From positions 640,001-704,000 of the forward strand of contig CAVRCI010000013.1 of the NCBI GenBank assembly GCA_963719495.1: a stretch of 64,000 bases of DNA. Direction: 5' to 3'. The position numbers and the translations under genes are program-made. Of the stretch, positions 54,275 to 63,132 are shown in pieces. This DNA comes from an uncultured Verrucomicrobiae bacterium (lineage in GTDB: Bacteria > Verrucomicrobiota > Verrucomicrobiia > Chthoniobacterales > JAATET01). The notes under the pieces were generated by a model that saw only the letters and a list, made by a program, of their open reading frames with translations, searched no databases and was not told where the DNA came from. The stretch's first letter is position 1; every line of letters starts with the position of its first letter.

Positions 54275-54940
54275 ATGATGGATACTCCAGAGGATGAACG
54301 AACCCGCGCGCGAGATCGAGGAATTGCTCCAGAGACGGCCGCCGCCGAACTCCGAGCAATTCTGGAGGCAGGTGGAGAAGGCTCGGGAATACTCGCCCAA
54401 TCCCGGGGACTCGTCCGATGGGCGGGTTCGCGAGGAACCCTCCTCGGAGCTGGCTTCGACGTAGGCGAATTTCGCGATGGCGGTCTGGTGCATCGGATCG
54501 CGTTTGATGAGAGCGCGGGCATTGTTTACAAACTGACGTATGGTGCGGGGTTCGGCCGGACGTGCCGTGATCCGCGGCGAGGTTTGGCTCCGGCGACGCC
54601 TCTGGAGTATCTCGACCGCTGGTCGATTCACAATCGGTTGTTTGGGCGAATCACGTGGATCGTCGGAGTGCTGAATCCTGAGGGAGACGATTTTCCGCGA
54701 GTGGTGGTGGGGCAGACTGCCATTCGGGGCGAGTTGCCAAGCGTCGAGCGCGTCGCGGCATTCATGGTGCACGCTGGTTTTACCCCGCTCGGCTGGGGTC
54801 AATACTCCTGGATTGCTAGCAAACAGAGAATAGCGATCTTCGATGCCCGTCCGGCGAACTTCGTCGGGGTCGAGGAGCTGGCAGTTCCTTTCGATCTTAT
54901 TCCGGTTCGATCTTGGGATTCGTGGGCGGAGGTTCGGTAG
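54275..54940 (+). CDS. Polyvalent-protein-type kinase domain protein
   Basis: GLVHRI, VYKLT, ATPLEYLDRW..HN.LFG, DARPAN, PFD. Confidence 0.65.
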   Translation: MMDTPEDERTRARDRGIAPETAAAELRAILEAGGEGSGILAQSRGLVRWAGSRGTLLGAGFDVGEFRDGGLVHRIAFDESAGIVYKLTYGAGFGRTCRDPRRGLAPATPLEYLDRWSIHNRLFGRITWIVGVLNPEGDDFPRVVVGQTAIRGELPSVERVAAFMVHAGFTPLGWGQYSWIASKQRIAIFDARPANFVGVEELAVPFDLIPVRSWDSWAEVR

Positions 54941-55035
54941 ATCAGTAGATCAGTAGATCTTCTGCGTGCGTTCCGCCTCGTTGCGGTTGAAGATGCGAAT
55001 CCCCGGTGCCTGCGCCCGGGGATATTTTTTTGATT

Positions 55036-55829
55036 TTGGATAACGAACACTTAACGATTCTGGGCCTCCGGTTTTAAACGGGAGGGAGTGCGATCGAAGA
55101 GCGCCTGGCCGATGGCGGGTTGGTGCTCGTGCCCTCCGGGCCGGGTCTGTCGGCTGATCTGCCGAATAAGGCCGTCTACCGCGATGCGGTGCTCCAGGCG
55201 GACATCATCATTCCCGACAGCGGGCTGATGGTTCTGCTCTGGAATCTGCTGAATCTGAACCGGAGCCACGTGAGGATCGCGCGGTATTCCGGCCTTAGGC
55301 TGCTGCGCGATCTGCTGCCACAACCGGAAGTGCGGACTGAGGGGGCTTCGTATTGGATCATGCCCGATCAGGTGGAGATCGACCGTACGGTGGCTTGGCT
55401 GCGGAGAGCGGGGTATGCGGATCTGTCGGAGGAGGATTGCTACCTGGCACCGTTTTACCGGGATCAATTGAACGCGGATGGCGGCGTGGAGGATGCCGTG
55501 CTGCTGGCGAAACTCGAGGAGCGACGGCCAGCCTACATCTTCGTCAATGTCGGGAGTGGGTCTAGGAACAGCTCGGCTGGTATCTGCGGAAGCACCTGTC
55601 TTACAAGCCGGCGATCCTTTGCACGGGCGCGGCCATCGCGTTTCTCACCGGCGGTCAGGCACCGATCCCGCCGTGGGCGGATCGGTTCTACCTCGGGTGG
55701 TTGCTGCGAATTCTTCGGAACCCGCGGCGATTCGGGCGACGTTATCTGAATGCGTTCAAGCTCGTGCCGCTGCTGGTTAAATATCGCGAGCGGCTGCCGC
55801 CGTTGAGGGGCGCAGCGGAGTTGCGGTGA
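55036..55829 (+). pseudogene. Divergent WecB/TagA allele (TAA at 55075, frameshift near 55560)
   Basis: Homologous to 41853. Confidence 0.85.
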
Positions 55830-56063
55830 CGAGCTTCGGGAATGCGAATACGGTTTTTGAACAGAAGATAGCAAAGGTCACAAAGGGATACAGGGGTGGC
55901 TAGTGACGCGTGGCGAGTGGCTGGTGGCTGGTGACGGGCAGCTCCGCTGCAGTGGCTGGTGGCTGGTGGCGCGTTGGATTTGCCCCGCTACCCGTGACTC
56001 GGAACTGACGGCGCCGGAGGCGGGGTTTCCAATAACTCGGGGTCGAGGGCTTTGGCCTGCTGG

Positions 56064-56495
56064 TTACCAGGTCAGCAGCGAGAGGCCGTCGACGCGGTCA
56101 AAGTGGCTGTCGCGTTGGGCCAGCGGCATGGAGCATTCGAGGGCGACGGCTGCGATCCAGATGTCGTTTTCGGGGATGGGCGTTCCGCGGGACTCGAGCG
56201 TGGCGGCGATCTGAGCATCGGCGTGCTGGGAGCGCGCGAGGCAGCCTTGAGCGTAGCGAAAGCCCGGAGGGCGACACGAGCGGGAGCGAGGGAGGCAACG
56301 TCGGTCTGTAGAAATTTCGAGCTGCGCTTTGGTCTTCTCGGGAACGCTGGATTTGAGGACGCCTTTGTAGAGCTCGCCCAAGGCGGTGAGCGGCAGGAAG
56401 AGCGGCTCGGCCGGAGGAGCTTTCTCGGCGAGGTTAATCCGGCCGCGTAGGTGCTCGATGACGACGCTGGTGTCGAGCAGGATGCCCTGGAGCAT
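56064..56495 (-). pseudogene. VapC PIN toxin disrupted by a mini-element (56214-56298)
   Basis: ILLDTSVV...GTPIPENDIWIAA...RDSHF. Confidence 0.85.
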
Positions 56496-56731
56496 TACGA
56501 TTCGAGGCGGCGGCCACCGAGCATCGCGGCCTCGAAGGAGTGTCCGTCTTGTTCGGTGAGGACTCCGTGAGTCTGACGAAGAAGCGCCTGACGGTTTTTC
56601 TGGTCGGCCTCGCTGAGGCCGTGGACGTAGCGGGCCACCTCGACGAGTTTGGGCGTCGGCAGACTTTGGAGGTCTTTCAGGATGGATTCGATCACGTTCA
56701 CAGAAATTAATTGTAGCATTGGAAGCAGCAA
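56495..56731 (-). CDS. Putative antitoxin (start uncertain)
   Basis: Coupled upstream of VapC. Confidence 0.6.
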   Translation of the reverse strand: MLLPMLQLISVNVIESILKDLQSLPTPKLVEVARYVHGLSEADQKNRQALLRQTHGVLTEQDGHSFEAAMLGGRRLES

Positions 56732-56742
56732 AGGCGAGTGGC

Positions 56743-56805
56743 GAGTTGCAGTTCACGCTTTAAGAGGCCCTGCGCGATTGGTGGACCGATTGCGGGGAGA
56801 AGGGG
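56743..56805 (+). pseudogene. Epimerase 3' remnant
   Basis: ELQFTL*EALRDWWTDCGEKG matches the end of 52895-53913. Confidence 0.75.
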
Positions 56806-57140
56806 TGTTGGCGTGAATGGTGAATGGTCAATTGTGAATGGTGGGGTAAGCACCGGAGCCGTGGGACGGCTCGGGGCAGACTGGAGCAAAGCGACGGCCC
56901 GCAGGGCGACATAATGGAGCCGGAGGGTGTCGAGCGACATAGCCTGCCGCGAGGCAGCCCGAAGGGCCGAACTGCGGGAGCAGCGCGGGCAACCGGGAGC
57001 GAAGGAGTCAATCGAGTGTTTACAATAACCATCAACTATCAACCAATAACCAGTGGCTGGTAGCGCCCGGAGATCCCCAGTGGGTCGCAAGCGTAATTTT
57101 CCAGGTTGATCAGTTCTTTCAATGGATCTATAGAAATCTA

Positions 57141-57395
57141 ATGAAAGCTACGTATTCCGTTTCCCAGGCGCAGGCGGCACTTCCGCGCATCTTGAAGGAA
57201 GCAGAAGATGGTCTCATCGCGGTCAGCCGTCGCGATGTGACGGTGGCTTTCGTCGTTTCCCGCGATCGGATGGAGGCGATATTGGAAACAATGGAAATCC
57301 TGGCCAATCCGACGGCCATGAAACAGATTGAAGATTTCGAAGCAGGAAAGTTGAGTTTTCGCGATTTTTCCGCTCTCGATGACTTGGACGAATGA
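57141..57395 (+). CDS. Phd/YefM antitoxin
   Basis: YSVSQAQAALP, ETMEILANP. Confidence 0.85.
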   Translation: MKATYSVSQAQAALPRILKEAEDGLIAVSRRDVTVAFVVSRDRMEAILETMEILANPTAMKQIEDFEAGKLSFRDFSALDDLDE

Positions 57396-57667
57396 TTCGT
57401 CTTTCACGTCAGGTCGAAGATTTCGTTCGATGTCTCGCGCCAGTTCCGCGCCGCAAACTGAGATTGGCGATTCGCGATCTTGGTGAGAAATCCGCGGACG
57501 TGAAAAGCCTCGAGGACCGTCTCTCTGGTTTTCAGCGACTGCGGTGTGGCAGCTATCGGGTGATCTTTGCAACGCGAGTCGTCGACGGTATCCCGGTCCA
57601 TCATTGCCTCTTTGCAGAACATCGTTCGATTGTTTACGAGGCATTTGAACGAATGATGGGAGAGTGA
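57392..57667 (+). CDS. RelE/ParE toxin
   Basis: DVKSLE..LSGF.RLRCGSYRVIF. Confidence 0.85.
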   Translation: MIRLSRQVEDFVRCLAPVPRRKLRLAIRDLGEKSADVKSLEDRLSGFQRLRCGSYRVIFATRVVDGIPVHHCLFAEHRSIVYEAFERMMGE

Positions 57668-58042
57668 GGTTTGGGGAAAGCAGCTCTGCTACGGAGGCTG
57701 GTGGCGCGTTGGATTTGCCCCGCTACCCGCTACCCATGACTCGTAACCCGCTACCCGCATCTTATCGCCATTCCCTCTGCGTCCCTGCGACTCTGCGGGA
57801 TAAAAGCATCAATACAGGAACTCGCGCGGAGGCGCAGAGACGCAGAGGATGATATAAATGCGGATGAGGAAGAACTGCGGGAATATGAATACGGTTTTTG
57901 AACATAAGATCGCAAAGTTCGCGAAGAGATGCAGAGGGGGATTTCTGAGGTTGCAAGCCTTCCTTCCCGCAACGGCAACAGGACCGAACCGGGATCATCG
58001 GTTTGACTGTCAGCCGCGACTGTTCCAGATTATCCAAAAACG

Positions 58043-58294
58043 ATGAAGACGAAATTCACTTTTTGGCAAGAGGCTGACGGAAAATATTTGGGATACTTGA
58101 ATGACTATCCAGATCACTGGACTCAGGGCGACGACATGCAGGATCTAAGAGAACAGCTCGTTGATCTCTTTTCGACTTTCTCTTCCGAGAGCTTGCCCGG
58201 GATTCGAAGCTCGAGATCGCTTGAAACGCCGGGATTTGATCACAAACATCGAAGCGGCTGGCTGCCTTCTTTTACGGCACGGTTCCCGCCATGA
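58043..58294 (+). CDS. hicB: HicB-like antitoxin, C-terminus probably frameshifted
   Basis: LGYLNDYPDHWTQG..L; reads through into hicA. Confidence 0.65.
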   Translation: MKTKFTFWQEADGKYLGYLNDYPDHWTQGDDMQDLREQLVDLFSTFSSESLPGIRSSRSLETPGFDHKHRSGWLPSFTARFPP

Positions 58295-58403
58295 TATTTA
58301 TCACAACCCAGCGACAGGGGTATCTCAGCCGGTTCCACGTCACCGAGAAATCAATGAGATCCTTGCAAAGAAGATCATCAGAGATCTGACGAAATTTGAG
58401 TAG
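58221..58403 (+). CDS. hicA: HicA toxin
   Basis: MKRRDLI...RHGSRHDIY...VPRHREI. Confidence 0.85.
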   Translation: MKRRDLITNIEAAGCLLLRHGSRHDIYHNPATGVSQPVPRHREINEILAKKIIRDLTKFE

Positions 58404-59001
58404 TGAATCCAATCGAACCGTTGCTTCCTTAAAAAAATTCCCTCCGCGTCTCAGCGCCTTTGCATCGAGGGGTCGGTCATTCATATTGAAACATTTGGAG
58501 CTATCGGCATCGGATGACTGGTGAATGATCATTGAGTGGCGGGGATGCAGACTTCAGCTTCTTTGCTTCCTTCGCTGTCTTCTGTTAAAGATCGCATTGA
58601 TTTTGTCGCGGGTTTGCCAAGTTGTGATCGGTTTGGTCGTGCTCAGTTTTCCGAGCGTCATTTTTAATTTTTGCCTGGCTGCCGACTTGGCTCACCGCGT
58701 GGGCAGCTTCGGGACTGGTGAGGTTGCCAGCGAAACACGCGAATCGACGCGGATGCGTGACTCGTGAAAACGCGATCGATTGAACCGATGGGGTCAAATA
58801 CGTGCAGAAATCCGAAATCAGCAGCCGGGTTGAGACTCAGCGGACTGAGTCGGTCGGCCCGGCACTGGATTCGGTTGGTCGGTTGCCGGGAATGAGAATC
58901 GTTACGGGCGGCGCGAAGTTTGATCAGATAAACTGCGTGAGTCCGGACGACTCCCGATCCTTGTATGCGGCCCCGATCTCACGACCGGGGCCATTTTTAT
59001 T

Positions 59002-59793
59002 TTGCGAAACAATCATTTGACCATTCTCGGGATCCGCTTCGACGTGGGCGGATCGGACCTCGTGGGATCGCTGCGCGCGGGAGGACTCGTCCAAGTGCCC
59101 TCGGGCCCTGGGCTGGCCGACGATTTATCGAACCTTTCCGCTTGCCGGGATGCGTTGCTGGGCGCGGACTTCGTGATCCCGGACAGCGGGTTGATGGTCC
59201 TCGCCTGGAATCGGTTCCTGCGTCGACCGGACCAGCCGAGACTGGAGCGTTACTCGGGGCTGAAACTCCTTCGCGATCTCCTGCCGGAGGCCGACGTGAA
59301 GCGGGCGGGGGCGTCGTTCTGGGTGATGCCGACGAACGCGGAACAGGAGCACAATCTGGCTTGGCTGCGAGGACGGAGTCACGCGCTAACCGAGGAGGAC
59401 TGTTACCTGGCGCCCCTTGTATCGTGACCGATTGAAGCCGACGGTGGGGTGGAAGATGCGGAGTTGCTTGCGGTGATCGAGCGTCGGAGGCCGGTCTGCA
59501 TCTTCGTGAATGTCGGGAGCGGGGTGCAGGAACAGCTGGGCTGGTATCTGCGGAAGAACCTGTCTTACAAACCGGCGATCCTTTGCACGGGTGCGGCGAT
59601 CGCGTTTCTCACCGGTGGGCAGGCCCCGATCCCGCCGTGGGCGGATCGGTACTATCTCGGGTGGTTGCTGCGAATTCCGAGGGACCCGAAGCGCTTCGGG
59701 CGACGGTATCTGAATGCGTTCAAGCTCGTGCCGCTGCTGGTTAAGTATCGAGAGCGGCTGCCGCCGCTGAGGGGCGCAGCGGAGTTGCGGTGA
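59002..59793 (+). pseudogene. WecB/TagA copy, frameshifted near 59415-59450
   Basis: 5' half like 41853, 3' half like 55036. Confidence 0.85.
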
Positions 59794-60405
59794 CGAGCTT
59801 CGGGAATGCGAATACGGTTTTTGAACAGAAGGTAGCAAAGGTCACAAAGGGATCCAGGGGTGGCTAGTGACGCGTGGCGCGTTGGATCTGACCCGTCACC
59901 GGCTACTCGTAACCCGCAACTCATCGCCATTCCTCCGCGTCTCGGCGCGAGATGACTTCCTCTCAACTCTCAACTGGGGCGACCGGGTCCGAGAGCGGTA
60001 TTTCCAATAACCAATAAATACCAACTATGAACTGGGACCGAAGATCGCAAAGGCGGGAGAGTTTGCTCTTCCGCCTTTTTTGTGCCGGGATGGCGGTTGG
60101 TGGGGCTGGGACGGCGTTGGGTTGGTTGATGGATGGATAGGCGGCGCGTCGGGAGGAGGCGACGGCGGGTTTGGCAAAACCGCCCTACCAATTGGGAAGA
60201 TGGGACCGTTTGCCAAACGGTCCGTGGCTGGGGTCAGCTCCGCTTCCCTCTTTCCTCTTCCCTCGAATTCCAGTCGACCAATAACCATCAACCGCGTGCG
60301 CAGCGCGCAGATCCTGTCCGGTCGGTAATTGTTGCGAAAGATAGTAGTCGAAAGGTCCGGGAGGAGGCGCTACCGTCCTCTCGTTGAAACTGATACGGTT
60401 GTGCG

Positions 60406-60804
60406 ATGGAATCCGTTTGGGGAACTGACTCCGATTTACGAAGAGGCGAGGAAGCAATCGCAGGCCGGGACGGAGGCGGAGATCGATGCGGATTGGATTT
60501 CGAACAAGCGATCCGAGAATGGCTCGACTACGCGGCGCGGACCGGACACCTACGTATTACCGGCAAGCGGAAATTTGCTTCGGATCTAGAACTCATCGAA
60601 ACAATGGAGGCGGAGGCCGAAAGCCTCTTCCAATTCGCCCGGGCAATCGGTCTCGATTTGTCCGAATCACTCGATGAAATCATTCACCGAACTCTCCCGA
60701 TCCGTACTGGGAATGAACACCGGGTCTACCGCGCGACGGTGGCGGGAAGGCGGCGCTTCATTAAGATCACCCATGCGGGCAAGTATACCGGATCAACAGG
60801 ATGA
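60406..60804 (+). pseudogene. Truncated kinase paralog of 39943
   Basis: SDLELIETM.AEA, GNEHRVYRA, IKITHAGKY, then ends. Confidence 0.7.
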
Positions 60805-61074
60805 CTCGGAGGGTCTTACGAGGCTTCACTCGGTTACCCGGCGAGTGAATTGGGTTTCCGTTCGGAGGTTCTAGAATTCAATCCTCTCAATCCTCTCGAT
60901 CTTGTCAATTGCCTTTCAGGCTGTCTCCGCTGCGCTCCGGCTCTGTCCACCCCGGATTTAGGATAACGAACAATCATCAACCACGAACCAGAATCATTAT
61001 CTCGGTTTCCGAGATAGCGAGACCGACGGGTTCAGATCCAATATCCGAGGTTCTCGGCCTTGCACGCCTGATTT

Positions 61075-61540
61075 ATGCGTATCTACATCGAGACAACGAT
61101 TCCGAGCTACTTGACCGCCAACAGGGCCCGCGAAGTCGTCCAAATTGCTCTCCAACAGACAACGAAGGACTGGTGGTAGACCGAACGAGAGAAACACGGT
61201 TTGGATACTTCCTTGATCACTCTTCAGGAAGCGGGCGGTGGGGATTCTGAGGCTGCTCAACGCAGACTTGGTAGTTCTCAAGGGGATTCCGCTATTGGAG
61301 ATCACGCCTGAGGTCGAAGGAATGACATCTTCAATTGTGGATTCAAGGATATTGCCGCCCACAGCCGAGCGTGACGCTGCCGACGTCGCTGTTGCTACCT
61401 ACCATGAACTGGATATTATCCTGACTTGGGACTGTCGTCACATTGCCAACGCAACCATCCGTAAGCCTCTACAGAAGTTGATCGAATCGCTCGGCTACGA
61501 GCTTCCAATTATTTGCACGCCAGAGGAACTAATCTCATGA
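61075..61540 (+). pseudogene. PIN domain gene (TAG at 61177, frameshift near 61270)
   Basis: IYIETTIPSYL...LTWDCRHIAN...ICTPEEL. Confidence 0.8.
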
Positions 61541-61779
61541 TCACCCAGGACTTCCCGTCAATTGCAGACGAGACAATGAAAGAAGTGTGGGAAATTAAGG
61601 ATTCTCTTTCACGAAGGTATAATCATGACGTTGGTTTACTTTTCAAGGGTCTGTACACAGAGCAGGCCTCCGACAGTGAGAACACGGTCAATTTGAAACG
61701 GAAAAATGCGGCCCAACGAAGTGCTGCATCTCGCGCAGAGGCGCAGGCGCGGAGGGGGTGGCTGGTGACGGGTAGCTGA
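61537..61779 (+). CDS. Small partner protein of PIN gene
   Basis: DETMKEVWEIKD.LS..Y.HD; 4-bp overlap. Confidence 0.6.
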   Translation: MITQDFPSIADETMKEVWEIKDSLSRRYNHDVGLLFKGLYTEQASDSENTVNLKRKNAAQRSAASRAEAQARRGWLVTGS

Positions 61780-61840
61780 TAACCCGTGACTCTTGGCTCG
61801 TGACTCGCCTTCGCCACCGCAGCGGAGTTGCCTCGCGCTC

Positions 61841-62122
61841 TCACTCCTGGAGGCGCGATTGAAACACTTCGTAGACCCACCTCCGACTTTCGAGGAAGAC
61901 ACAGGTGATGGTGCGCGTTCCTTCAATGAAATCATACTGAAAGATCACCCGATAGCTGCCGACTCGACGGCGAAAGTAACCGTCGAGTTCGTCAACTAGC
62001 GGTCTGATGTCTCCTCGTTCTTCGCTCAGGCCTTTGATCGCCAATCGGATGGCGTGCCTTGGTTTGGGTGGGAGGCGACGGAGAGTCTCGAGCACGTCCT
62101 GCTGAACTCGGATCCTGATCAT
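61841..62122 (-). CDS. RelE/ParE toxin
   Basis: GDIRPL..LDGYFRRRVGSYRVIF; paralog of 57392. Confidence 0.85.
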   Translation of the reverse strand: MIRIRVQQDVLETLRRLPPKPRHAIRLAIKGLSEERGDIRPLVDELDGYFRRRVGSYRVIFQYDFIEGTRTITCVFLESRRWVYEVFQSRLQE

Positions 62123-62367
62123 ATGTCATCGAGGGCGGAGACGTCGTGGTAAATGGCCTGACCGGCTTCGTGAGCGCGAATCGCGGTCATGGCTGCGGGA
62201 CTACTCAGGATTTCCATTGTCTCAGAAATGGCCTCCATTCGGTCGATCGAGATCAGAACCGCGACCGCTTTTCCTTGGTTGGTGATGGTGACCGGGTGAT
62301 CCAACGACTCTTTGACGACGGCGGAAAAACGCTGTTGGGCAGTTTTGATGGTGTAGGAATCGGCCAT
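62119..62367 (-). CDS. Phd/YefM antitoxin
   Basis: YTIKTAQQRFS, VTITNQGK, ETMEILSSP. Confidence 0.85.
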   Translation of the reverse strand: MADSYTIKTAQQRFSAVVKESLDHPVTITNQGKAVAVLISIDRMEAISETMEILSSPAAMTAIRAHEAGQAIYHDVSALDDI

Positions 62368-62612
62368 GACACAAAATTACACCCTTTTCTCTGGAAAAGG
62401 GTGATGAAATTCTCGATTCAACTTTTAGAGTTTCCGAGTTTTTAGGTTCTGAGCATCGAGCCGCGGGAGCGGCTGAGGCAGACTGCGTCGTCGAAGGGTC
62501 GTCGAAGACTCGGTCATTCGTATTGACGCATTTTGAGCTTTCGACGTCGGATGATCGTTGGTGGCGGGAATGCGAAATCCGGGTTCTTCGCTCCCTTCTG
62601 TCGAAGATCGCA

Positions 62613-63020
62613 TTGATTTTGTCGCGGGTTTGCCAAGTTGTGACCGGTCCGGTGGCGCTCAGTTTTCTGAGCGCCATTTTTTATTTTTCCCTGCGGGCTG
62701 CGCCGCATCTTGGGGAGATTGCCTGGCTGCCGGTTTAGCTCACCGCGTGGGCGGTTTCTCGCTCGGGTGAAGATTTACGGACGGCAGTGCCGTTTCTGCT
62801 GCTCGATGAGACGACGGGGCTGTTGTCGCGGTCCGGGCGGCGCGTGATCGTTTCAGCGGTGGTGCTCGTTGCCTTGGTGGTCCTGATCGAAGGCGCGCAG
62901 TATTTTGTTCCCGGTCGCACGGCGTCGAACCACGACGTAGGATGGGGGTCGCTTGGCGGATCGTCTGATTGTCTCTTGGGTGTTTGCTGCGGAAACTTGG
63001 CGGGCGCGTTTATCCGTTGA
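62613..63020 (+). pseudogene. Full-length VanZ family gene with TAG at 62736 (5' fragments at about 41447, 44187, 58597)
   Basis: LRTAVPF...IEGAQYFVPGRTAS..DVGWG. Confidence 0.7.
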
Positions 63021-63132
63021 GGACGAGCGAAGTTTAGCCGCAAGCACCGGAGTCGTGGGACGGCTCGGGGCAGACTGCATTGGCTCTGCAATGCAGCCCG
63101 CAGGGCGAGACGAGCGGGAGCGAGCGAGTCAA

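Noticed and set aside
17936..62738. Stop-codon recoding explaining in-frame stops
   Set aside because: TAG, TGA and TAA all occur internally and all terminate intact genes; paralogs show sense codons at the same sites
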